IMG/VR virus record: IMGVR_UViG_3300014204_000116
Coordinates: 32,001 to 96,000 of that record
Direction: 5' to 3' (one strand)
Length of the DNA: 64,000 nucleotides
Source: a virus
Taxonomy: Duplodnaviria; Caudoviricetes
The notes under the pieces: model-generated
Databases searched by the model: none
Told to the model about the DNA's origin: nothing
What the model saw: only the letters and a program-made list of their open reading frames with translations
Shown here: positions 48,632 through 57,600 of the stretch, piece after piece
Layout of the letters: every line of letters starts with the position of its first letter
How positions within the stretch are numbered: the stretch's first letter is position 1
Translations under genes and position numbers: made by a program

Positions 48632-49215
48632 GCCCGACAGCCAAAATTGTAGACCCTGCCGAGTTCGTTCAATCCTTTACTGCGACCAAGTATAAGGAGG
48701 GGATCGAGGTTTGGCGTGATGCTGAGACGCCAGCGGATCTTATTTTTGCTCTTCGAACCCTTAAGGCCCCCAAGGCAGCCTATGCCGAAATTAGTGCAGC
48801 CCTTGCCGAAGAAGTTCTACCGGCATTCGAAAAGAAGTACCCTTGTGATCTTCGGCCTCGGAAAGCCGTAGAGGCTGCCAAAGCTTGGATTAAGAATAGA
48901 ACAGCGGCTAATGCCAGGGCGGCAGAAGAAGCTTCCAACGATGCGTGGCATGCTGCCGATTATGCTACCGACGCTACCTTAATGATGGTTGCCAATGATG
49001 GTGCTGCTGATGCAGCTTCTGCTGCCTACAACGCCGCTGCTGTTGCTTCTGCCGCCTACCCTATTTTCAATGCTTGCCATGTCGAGGGTGATTACACCAT
49101 CTATGCCATTTACGGCACCGTTGACGCCGCCAAGACGGGCATACCCAATCAGCGCATACTGGACACGATCAAAGAAGTGGGCTATAGATATTTTTCGTTC
49201 TTGAAGCCGAGCTGA
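48628..49215 (+). CDS. Imm5-like domain protein, copy 13
   Basis: Same conserved frame. Confidence 0.8.
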   Translation: MSPTAKIVDPAEFVQSFTATKYKEGIEVWRDAETPADLIFALRTLKAPKAAYAEISAALAEEVLPAFEKKYPCDLRPRKAVEAAKAWIKNRTAANARAAEEASNDAWHAADYATDATLMMVANDGAADAASAAYNAAAVASAAYPIFNACHVEGDYTIYAIYGTVDAAKTGIPNQRILDTIKEVGYRYFSFLKPS

Positions 49216-49228
49216 ATGAGTACAGCGA

Positions 49229-49816
49229 ATGAGTACAATGAGTACGACGACTGCCATCATAGATCCTGCTGAATTTGTCCGGTCTTACACCGAAGCCAAA
49301 TACTGGAAGGAGATCAGGAGCTGGAATGAGGCTGAGGCCCCGGAGGATCTTATCGATGTCCTCAGAGTTCTCAAAGCTCCTAAGATAGCCTTTGTAGAGG
49401 TTGTTGTAGCACTCGCCGAAGAGGTTTTTCCGACGTTCAAGAAGAAGCACCCCAAAGATCTCCGACCTCGGCAAGCAATAGATGCGGCCAAAGCTTGGTT
49501 TAAGGACCAAACGGAAACCAATACTAATGCCGTGAGGGTTGCTGCCATTGCTGCTAATAGAGCTGCCCATGATTGTGCTGCCCGCGCCGATTGTGCCGCT
49601 CAGGCTGCTACCGACAGCGCTTACGTCGCTGGCAATGCTGCTTCTATCACTGCCTATATCGATGATGTCGAGTATCCTGTCGCCTATTCCACTGTTGTTT
49701 CTTATGCCTGCATCGCTACCAGTAATGCTATTCGGGCAGGTCTTTCCGTCGAATGCGCAATGGATATCATTAGGAAAGCGGGTCATAAGCGTTTTGCATT
49801 CTTAAGATTAGATTAA
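49229..49816 (+). CDS. Imm5-like domain protein, copy 14
   Basis: Same conserved frame. Confidence 0.8.
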   Translation: MSTMSTTTAIIDPAEFVRSYTEAKYWKEIRSWNEAEAPEDLIDVLRVLKAPKIAFVEVVVALAEEVFPTFKKKHPKDLRPRQAIDAAKAWFKDQTETNTNAVRVAAIAANRAAHDCAARADCAAQAATDSAYVAGNAASITAYIDDVEYPVAYSTVVSYACIATSNAIRAGLSVECAMDIIRKAGHKRFAFLRLD

Positions 49817-49823
49817 ATATATC

Positions 49824-49852
49824 TTGAAATGGAGGCAAGAATTGTCTATCCT
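49824..49852 (+). promoter_or_regulatory. Sigma70-like promoter
   Basis: TTGAAA-N17-TATCCT. Confidence 0.5.
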
Positions 49853-49869
49853 GCATACGAACCGATAAT

Positions 49870-50148
49870 ATGAACACGGACACTACCAGGACGGAGAAAC
49901 TCTTGCTTAGCATTGCTGCCGATTTCAAGCGGGGTGCCCAGCCAATGAATCCGGCATGGCTGAGTGAGAATAATGTGGAGTTGAGGGAACTCGAAGCCCT
50001 CGGGAGCAAGCTCGACATTATCATCCGAGGGTGGGCTCTGGCACCAGGTAGAGTCCGGGCTGCGATCCTGGCTTGTGCACTTTCTGATGACAAACAGTCA
50101 GCCGAGTACAAGGCGACCGTGGTGCTGAAGGCAATAGAAGGGATTTGA
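49870..50148 (+). CDS. Hypothetical protein
   Basis: 92-aa ORF after the promoter. Confidence 0.6.
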   Translation: MNTDTTRTEKLLLSIAADFKRGAQPMNPAWLSENNVELRELEALGSKLDIIIRGWALAPGRVRAAILACALSDDKQSAEYKATVVLKAIEGI

Positions 50149-50149
50149 A

Positions 50150-50338
50150 ATGAGCATAGAAGTGTGGGTGGATACGGAGGATCTGGCCGATGTAATCAAC
50201 GGCAAGAAGACGAAATTTATAGGGCACTGCTACGAGGCGAAGGACCGGTGGTGTGCTCGGTACAAGGTAATATTCGGGATGGACTGGCATGTCCGCGAAG
50301 TCGATGGGGACTGCATCACAATGGAGAAAAACGCATGA
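50150..50338 (+). CDS. Small hypothetical protein
   Basis: Tightly packed ORF. Confidence 0.55.
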   Translation: MSIEVWVDTEDLADVINGKKTKFIGHCYEAKDRWCARYKVIFGMDWHVREVDGDCITMEKNA

Positions 50339-50556
50339 TCACGCTCGTAAAAGGAATGCTGCGCCAGGAGGCTGCAAAGCTGAAGTTTCCGTGGTGGCTG
50401 GGCCGGGTAGCCCACTGCCCAAATTGCGGCGGGCAATTCAAGTTGGAGAAAAACGACAGCGTCAATGACATGAATCAGCGCGAGGACTTACCGCCCCACG
50501 CCGAGGTTGTGTGCCCAACGGTAGGATGTAGCCACATTATCTGGCTAAGGCGATGA
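50335..50556 (+). CDS. Zn-ribbon protein
   Basis: CPNCG...CPTVGCSH; resembles 24144..24419. Confidence 0.6.
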   Translation: MITLVKGMLRQEAAKLKFPWWLGRVAHCPNCGGQFKLEKNDSVNDMNQREDLPPHAEVVCPTVGCSHIIWLRR

Positions 50557-50629
50557 CTACCCTCTGCAAAAAATACCTGGAGATCGTCCGTAACTACAAA
50601 ATAGTTGAGCGTGATGCCACTCGGCAGCG

Positions 50630-50944
50630 ATGAAAAAGCCAAAGAAAAGAGTTATGACACCGATGAAAAAGCCAAAGAAAACACTGGAGATCGAGACTAC
50701 GGTGGCAGTTGTAGAAGAGATTGCCGAGGCCACAATGAGTGTACTGACGATTGGCAGCTTTTCGAGCGATCTTTTTAGCTCGAAGACGCGCCGGGTATGG
50801 AGACGTGCAACCACCATGGCTGATCGCTATAAGGACTGCGACGTGGATGTCAATTTTATATTACCTACTTTGGCAAATACGAAAAAGAAGAATTGCACAT
50901 TTACCGTGTCAGCTCCGGTGCGCGAGAAGATTACCCGAGGTTAA
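50630..50944 (+). CDS. Hypothetical protein
   Basis: Duplicated MKKPKK N-terminus. Confidence 0.5.
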   Translation: MKKPKKRVMTPMKKPKKTLEIETTVAVVEEIAEATMSVLTIGSFSSDLFSSKTRRVWRRATTMADRYKDCDVDVNFILPTLANTKKKNCTFTVSAPVREKITRG

Positions 50945-50947
50945 ACC

Positions 50948-51205
50948 ATGAATCGCGGCCAGGCCAGAAAGTTCGCTTTGGAGTGCAGTACTCCAACCAC
51001 AGAGATCATATACATGGAGACCCCTCATTCTGAATCCCGAGAGATGGGAAAGATCAACTGGCACGTTAAGTGTGGTGACACCTTTACCATCAACGGCATT
51101 ACAGTGCGCGTGAAAGGCCACGGTCCCATTGACTCTCTGCATCAGCGCGCGCTGGTAGGGCCTGCTCCTGCCGATCACGATCCGAACGGGGTGGCACCAC
51201 ATTAA
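50948..51205 (+). CDS. Hypothetical protein
   Basis: GAGG RBS. Confidence 0.55.
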   Translation: MNRGQARKFALECSTPTTEIIYMETPHSESREMGKINWHVKCGDTFTINGITVRVKGHGPIDSLHQRALVGPAPADHDPNGVAPH

Positions 51206-51279
51206 TTTAAGTTTTTGATTGCAATTTCACAGGGATCACTTAGGGTAGCAGTTGTAACGGTGGTTAAACCAATAAACCA

Positions 51280-51474
51280 ATGAGTAAAGAGCAGATGTCC
51301 AAGGCCCAAGTCGAATTGCTGCTGGCCATCAGCCACGGCAGGAAATACGTGGCGAGCTGGTATCCGAGTGCAAACAAACTCGTGGCATATGGCTACGCGC
51401 AGTGGGTGGGAAACAAGCTCGAAATAACCGAGGCCGGACTTCAGGCTCTCGCGACAAGACCGGAGGCAAAATGA
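51280..51474 (+). CDS. Small winged-helix-like protein
   Basis: MSKAQ..LL...KLVAYGYA...ITEAG. Confidence 0.55.
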   Translation: MSKEQMSKAQVELLLAISHGRKYVASWYPSANKLVAYGYAQWVGNKLEITEAGLQALATRPEAK

Positions 51475-51692
51475 AAGTAGTAGTCAACGAACATGATCAC
51501 AGTTTTAACATCGTATTGACCGCCGAGTCCATGGCAGACATGTCTTCTATCGTGAGACTCGGAATGAACTCTGTCAAGGCGGTGACGTATAAGCAAGCCA
51601 ATGTCTACCAGGGAGGGGCAGCAACCATGGACATCTCGTTTGACAAGCGTAGAAACGCGGGCTCAATCGTTCCAGTCAAGGGAGTAGTATAG
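51471..51692 (+). CDS. Hypothetical protein
   Basis: GGAGG RBS and ATGA overlap. Confidence 0.6.
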   Translation: MKVVVNEHDHSFNIVLTAESMADMSSIVRLGMNSVKAVTYKQANVYQGGAATMDISFDKRRNAGSIVPVKGVV

Positions 51693-51695
51693 CCC

Positions 51696-51947
51696 ATGCA
51701 AAAGACCATCCATATCACGCACCAGGTAGTCCTCACCTATGACAAGGCCAAGTTCACCAAGGAGTTCATGGCCAACTTCCAGGCGCATTTCTACCCTTTT
51801 ACGACTGTGGATCAGCACCTGAACCACATCGCATATTCCATAGTCAGGGGCACCGTTGCGCATTCGTCGGATTTTCTTGAAGGCTACGGCAAGCTTAGCA
51901 GTTGGGGTATTACGTGGGATCTGGTAACCTTAGAACCGGGAGAATAA
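51696..51947 (+). CDS. Hypothetical protein
   Basis: Tightly packed ORF. Confidence 0.6.
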   Translation: MQKTIHITHQVVLTYDKAKFTKEFMANFQAHFYPFTTVDQHLNHIAYSIVRGTVAHSSDFLEGYGKLSSWGITWDLVTLEPGE

Positions 51948-51948
51948 A

Positions 51949-52224
51949 ATGGCACGAGTAAAAGCAAAATTTTTCGTCGAGCTGCCCTCCAAGAAGGGCC
52001 AAAAGCAAAAGCAAAAGCGGCGTAAGCCTACTTCCAAGGAAATGGTAGAGGCTGACGACCTGCGGCTAGAGATCGAGTCCAGGCGGCACAGCTTAGAGTG
52101 TGCAAAGCAGGAGCTAGCCCGCGCGGAAGCCCGGTGCGAGCATAATGTCAATTTCGAAAAGGATATGGAAGGATACGTCGTCCGTAGCTGCTATATCTGC
52201 GGGCATCCCAAGGGCATCCTGTAG
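51949..52224 (+). CDS. Hypothetical protein with a C-terminal CxxC
   Basis: CEH...CYICG. Confidence 0.6.
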   Translation: MARVKAKFFVELPSKKGQKQKQKRRKPTSKEMVEADDLRLEIESRRHSLECAKQELARAEARCEHNVNFEKDMEGYVVRSCYICGHPKGIL

Positions 52225-52248
52225 ACATCCTGAATTAAGTTCTAGTAA

Positions 52249-52596
52249 GTGAATCTGATTATGCTAACGATTGTAGACAAAACTGTCGAACTGTTTCAAG
52301 AGGCCGTGGAGAACAGTGGCAACCATTACCTCTACTTTGAACTCGCCTACACCAAGCAGACCAAATGGATGTGCTGGCTTCAGAACCGGGAGGGCGGCGA
52401 GGATCACAAGTACAATTTCATCCCACCGGGCCAGGCCGATGAACCCGGTGTAGCCTGCGTGCCTATCAAGAACTTTCTCCAGGCATGGAAGAACAACGGA
52501 TGGAAGCCGTATAACCCACCGGCTGTCCACCCCAATACGCCCCATCCGTTCGACGGCAAGTGGGGAGTGGCCGACGCTTCCTCGGAGGAAAAATGA
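52249..52596 (+). CDS. Hypothetical protein
   Basis: 115-aa ORF. Confidence 0.55.
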   Translation: MNLIMLTIVDKTVELFQEAVENSGNHYLYFELAYTKQTKWMCWLQNREGGEDHKYNFIPPGQADEPGVACVPIKNFLQAWKNNGWKPYNPPAVHPNTPHPFDGKWGVADASSEEK

Positions 52597-52647
52597 GAGT
52601 ATCATCCGGTGCATGCGAAACTGTAACAATCTAACGGTTTGGAAGCG

Positions 52648-52881
52648 ATGAGAGTTACCCGACTAGTCTTAATCGAACGCGACATCAAGTGCTGCTACAA
52701 AGAGTGTCCTTACATGAAAGTCGAAGGGGCAGAGAGCTTGATGGTGTGCGAACATCCTGAAGCCCCGGAAGTGAATGGTCGCAAAGGACTTATTATCAGT
52801 CATCCCGACTGTATAATCGGATTTCCCAAGGAGTGTCCACTTGCCAAAATTACACCCACTCGATGGGACAAAAAACCATGA
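52648..52881 (+). CDS. Small Cys-rich protein
   Basis: C..ECPY...CEHP...FPKECPL. Confidence 0.55.
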   Translation: MRVTRLVLIERDIKCCYKECPYMKVEGAESLMVCEHPEAPEVNGRKGLIISHPDCIIGFPKECPLAKITPTRWDKKP

Positions 52882-53246
52882 ACACACGCACATTCATTAA
52901 GACCGGCCTGACCGCCCTGGCGGCAGCAATCGCGGCCCCGTTTATCGCCAGCAGGATCAAGCCGGTTACCACCGACGAGGTCAAGCGCGCCTTCTCCAAT
53001 CCAATGGGCACGAGGAGTAACCCGGACAAGCGCTGCTTCTACCGATTGGACAGAAACGGGTGCAATCCCCACCGTCAGCCGATTTACTTTCTCGGCAAAG
53101 GCGACCTGTTTGTATTCGCTGATCCTGTCACCAAAGAGTGTTCACGAATCCATATCGTGACGGAGAAGCCACGGCTTGTTGAGGCACCAAAGGGATTTCC
53201 AGAGCCCCTGACCTGGTGCATCTCCTGCAAGCCATACAACGCGTGA
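52878..53246 (+). CDS. Hypothetical protein with a Tat-like N-terminal signal
   Basis: MNTRTFIKTGLTALAAAIAAP. Confidence 0.55.
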   Translation: MNTRTFIKTGLTALAAAIAAPFIASRIKPVTTDEVKRAFSNPMGTRSNPDKRCFYRLDRNGCNPHRQPIYFLGKGDLFVFADPVTKECSRIHIVTEKPRLVEAPKGFPEPLTWCISCKPYNA

Positions 53247-53396
53247 TCCCCAAAGGATGAAGACTATAGGTGAAGCATTCGTCCTGGGCCTGATGATCGG
53301 CATCCTGATCGGCGCACTGTTCACGACCATCTATCTTGTCTGCTATTACAGCCATGGCTATCGCCACGGTATAACACTCACAGAACTACCTAACTT

Positions 53397-54434
53397 ATGA
53401 ACGAATCGGAACTGAACGAATCGGAACTGCACGAATCGGAACTGAACGAATCGGAACTGAACGAATTGGAACTGCGTGGATGGAAACCGGTTGTGTCTGG
53501 CGTCGAGGACAACTGGATGCTTACCGCCACTTTCGCTGAGGACTTTAGACGTGACGGCTTCGAGATCGTTGATTCGCCGTCGTTCGAGAACGATGGCAAT
53601 ATCGTGCACGTGAAGACGTATCCTGTAACGTGTGAGATCGCTGCGATCCCGCCCATGGAGGCCGTGAAGAGCCCCAAAATATACGTGGAAGTTCGAAACT
53701 ACTGCCGGTTCAAAGGCATCACCCACGTCTACCAGGTTGTCATCAGGCGCGAGGTAATCCGTGGATTGGTATCCCCAAGTCTGTATGTCTACGTCCGGGG
53801 GCGCAGGGTTGTTCCCGACGATCAACCGGCATCCACTACAAGCAGGAATCGTGAGAAGGTCGGGGATGCCCGCCTGGGGTTTTATCCCTACTTCATGGAT
53901 GGCCAGCTTAAGTGGCATCCAGAACCCCGCATTGCCGCCGATCTACTGTACACCGAGATGGAGGGCAAGCTAGATGCTAAATCTAGCAAATTCGTTATTT
54001 ACGCGGTTTACGAGGGTGAAAAAATGACACACCGCGTAGGGAAGACCCACGTAATCGACATTAGGGATCGAACCGTGAGGTTCTTTTCCTGGCTGGCAAA
54101 CAGGGCTATGCCTTCTTACAGCGATTATCTCTATGTGACGGGCTTGTCCATCGCTATGCGTGCGACAAGCGACCGCGAAGCAGCAGTTAGTGCACTAATT
54201 CGTAGCTGCCAGACCCAGCTCGAAGAAGCCTTTACACGACTGTCCAGGATGCGGGAAACCAATCCCAGGTGGGAAATGGTGTTCCAGGAGGAGGGCACCA
54301 CGCCTGATAACCCTGACTATACCCCAGTTGTAGCGGGTACGATGACCGTGTTGCCAGACAATACCCTGGCCTACCTGTTCGATGCGGGTGAGCCCCATCC
54401 CGGCGATCCCCGTCTTTCCACCAAAAAGCACTAA
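53397..54434 (+). CDS. Hypothetical protein with N-terminal (NESEL)5 repeats
   Basis: 345-aa ORF. Confidence 0.7.
   Translation: MNESELNESELHESELNESELNELELRGWKPVVSGVEDNWMLTATFAEDFRRDGFEIVDSPSFENDGNIVHVKTYPVTCEIAAIPPMEAVKSPKIYVEVRNYCRFKGITHVYQVVIRREVIRGLVSPSLYVYVRGRRVVPDDQPASTTSRNREKVGDARLGFYPYFMDGQLKWHPEPRIAADLLYTEMEGKLDAKSSKFVIYAVYEGEKMTHRVGKTHVIDIRDRTVRFFSWLANRAMPSYSDYLYVTGLSIAMRATSDREAAVSALIRSCQTQLEEAFTRLSRMRETNPRWEMVFQEEGTTPDNPDYTPVVAGTMTVLPDNTLAYLFDAGEPHPGDPRLSTKKH
53400..53474 (+). repeat. 15-bp tandem repeat AACGAATCGGAACTG x5
   Basis: Directly visible, with two single-base variants. Confidence 0.9.
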
Positions 54435-54450
54435 GCATAAATATTCAAGT

Positions 54451-54660
54451 ATGACACAAGACGACCGGCTTACACTATTTTTAGGCCAGCTCGCGGATAG
54501 TAAAGAGCCGTTAGGCTTGACAGCAGGCGAGCGCGGATTTGCAGACGATTGCAGGTTTGCTTTCAATCTCTCCCCAAAGATGAAGAAGTTCGCCCTCAAG
54601 CTGTTCGATAAGTATGGCCGACTTATAGGCTGGAAGAGCCTGGAAGAGCCTCCTCACTAG
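54451..54660 (+). CDS. Small hypothetical protein
   Basis: ATG after the previous stop. Confidence 0.5.
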   Translation: MTQDDRLTLFLGQLADSKEPLGLTAGERGFADDCRFAFNLSPKMKKFALKLFDKYGRLIGWKSLEEPPH

Positions 54661-54669
54661 CCTTGTGCT

Positions 54670-54676
54670 GTAGTTA
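54670..54676 (+). promoter_or_regulatory. GTAGTTA motif, putative late promoter
   Basis: 8 nt before the polyprotein ATG. Confidence 0.55.
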
Positions 54677-54684
54677 CCTACAGC

Positions 54685-57600
54685 ATGAAGTGTCGGATCA
54701 AAGACTGCCACGGTTACGTGGCTCCCCACGCAACTGAGGAGTCGCGCGTACACGATCTTTGCCCGGCTCATTCCGAGGGCCTTTTAATGACGGCGGAGGA
54801 AGTTGTAGACGAAGCTTTAGACCCTGCCGAGTTCGTTAAATCCTTCACAGCAGCCAAGTACAGGGATCAGATCAGGCGTTGGGACAAAGCTTCCACCGTG
54901 GGGGAGGTCATCGAGATATTGCAACATCTCCGCGCGCCAAAACGAACTTATGCAGAAATCAGCATAGCCCTTGCCGAAAAAGTTCTTCCGGTGTTCGAAA
55001 AGGAATTTCCCAAAGATCTTCGCCCCCGGCAGGCAGTAGAGGCTACCAAAGCCTGTCTTAAGGACCAGACGCCAGCAGTTGTTCAAGCGGCGGTTAATGC
55101 CGCTAATGGTGCTAACGATGCTTCTATCGCTTCCACTATGCACGCTGCTGCTTCCAACGCTGCTTCGGCTGCTTCCAACGCTGCTTGGACTGGTGCTGAC
55201 GGTGCTGACGGTGCTGGCGTTGGTGGAGCTATGTGGGCTGCCGTTGATACTGCCAACACTGCTGCTTATGCTATTAACGCGGGCCTTACCAAGCAGCATG
55301 CGTTGAACATCATCCAGGAAATTGGTGAGAAATACTTTTCGTTTTTGGCCCAATGGGTCAGGAATCCCAAGGCTGAAAAGGTAGCGGAAGCCGACGAAAC
55401 TTTAGATCCTGCCAAATTCGTTAAGTCTTACACCACGACTAAATATAAAAATGAGATTGAGCGCTGGAACAAAGTTTCCACCACAGGGGATGCCCTCGCA
55501 ATACTGCAATTTCTCCGCGCTCCGAAGGTAGCTTACACAGAAATTAGCATAACACTAGCGGAAGAAGTTCTTCCGAAGTTCGAAAAGAAGTATCCTAAAG
55601 ATCTCCGCCCTCGGAAAGCTATAGAGGCTGCCAAAGCTTGGACTAAGAGTCAAACGTCAGCAAATGTTCAAGCGGCTACTTTTGCTGCCGATGCTGCTTA
55701 CAACGCTTCCGTCGCTACCTTCGCCAATGCTGCAATGGCCGCTTCTAATGCAGCATTGGCTGCTTCCAATGCTGCTGCTCAGGCTGGCGCTGATACTACT
55801 GAACGGGCTGCTATCAATGCTGCCAATGCCGCTTATAACGCTATTAGTGCAGGTCTTACCAAGCAGCACGCGTTGGGTGTCATTAAGGGAATTGGTGAGA
55901 AATACTTTTCGTTTTTGATTCGAGGCTGGGGTAAGCACACGTCTGAAAAGGTGGCGGAAGCCGACGAAACTTTAGATCCTGCTGAGTTTGTTCAGTCCTT
56001 TACTGTGGCCAAATACAAGGATGAGATTGAGCGTTGGACCAAATCTCCTACTGTGGGGACTCTTATCGGCGTCCTTAAAGCCATCAAAACCTCCAAGGCA
56101 GTCTTTGTCGAGATCGGGATAGCTATTGCCGAAGAGGCTCTCTCGGTGTTCGAAAATAAGCACCCCGGAGATCTCCAAGATCTTCGCCCTCGGAAAGCTT
56201 TGGAAATAGCTAAAGCCTGGCTTAAGGATCAAACGGAAGCTAATGCTCAGGCTGCTCAGCATGTAGCTTATGAGATTTACGACGCTTATGTTGATTATGG
56301 CACTAACGCTGTTGCTTATGCCGCCCAAGCTGCTGCTTATCCTAAAGCTGCGGGCAGCTATGTCACTTATGCTGCTAGTTCCGCTATTAAGGCAGGCATT
56401 CCTTCTCAGCGATTAGTGGATATTATTCGAGAAATAGGGCATAAGCATTTTGGATTCCTACCCCAAGGATCGGGTGAAACAGCAGCAGAGCCAGTTGTAG
56501 ACGAAGCTCTCGATCCTTCCGAGTTTGTTCAGTCCTATACCACAGACAAGTATAAGAAGGAGATCAAGACTTGGAATAAAAATAGTACTCCAGGGAGCCT
56601 CATTGACGTCCTCAAAGCTCTCAAAGCCCCCAAGACAGCCTACGTAGAAATAGGGGTAATTCTTGCAGAAGAAGTTCTTCCGGTGTTCGAAAAGGAGTTC
56701 CCTAAAGATCTCCGCCCTCGGAAAGCTATAGAGGCCACAAGAGCCTGGCTTAAAGACAGTTCATTAGTTGCTGGCGATGTTGCCGCTGGAGCTATTAAGG
56801 CTGCCGATGAAATTGAAGCTTTTAATAAGGGCGACAGTAACTTTAAGGTCTGGAATACTCACGCCAAGGCCACTCATGCTGCTAAAGTGGCTGCCTTTGC
56901 TGCTTGGTCCGCCTTTGCCTCTTCTAACGTAGGCTTGGCAATTTCTAGCGCGCATTACGCCACTATTGATGCCATAGGCGCGGGCCTCACCAGCCAGCAC
57001 GCGATGGATGTCGTTAGGGAAGTTGGCGGGAGATACTTTTCGTTCTTAACTCAAGGATCGAGTAAAAAGGTAACAAAGGCAGTTGTAGACGAAGCTCTAG
57101 ATCCTGCTGAGTTCGTTCAGTCTTATAATCTGGCCAGGCACAGGAAAGAGATCGAGACCTGGGGAAAAGTTTACAGTCCGATGGCTCTTATTAACGTACT
57201 GCACACTCTCAAAGCTCCCCAGGCAGCCTTTGTACAAATTAGTATAGCCCTGGCCGAAGAAGCTCTTCCGAAATTTGAAAAGAAATATCCTAAAGATCTA
57301 CGACCTCGGAAAGCCATAGAAGCGGCTAAAGCCTGGCTTAAGGACGGAACAACGGCCAATGCTGACGCTGCTGAAGCCGCTGGTAAAGAAGCCATGGCGG
57401 CTGTTGCTATGACTAATCGTAGTAGTAGTCCTTACATGGCTTCTCGGGCCGCTGCTCGGGCCGCTGCTCAAGCCGCTTACATCACTTGCGTTTCTCCCAC
57501 TAGCGACCATGTTTACGCTTACGCGGATGCCACTGCCCTACACTCGGGTAAAGCGGGTGTACCCAAGCAACGTGCGATGGATATCATCCGGGAAGTGGGG

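Noticed and set aside
41743-49816. Integron-like cassette array
   Set aside because: No intergenic space for attC sites and no integrase in the window
50590-50597. Minus-strand GTAGTTAC as a late promoter
   Set aside because: No credible minus-strand gene follows; chance occurrence or antisense role unresolved
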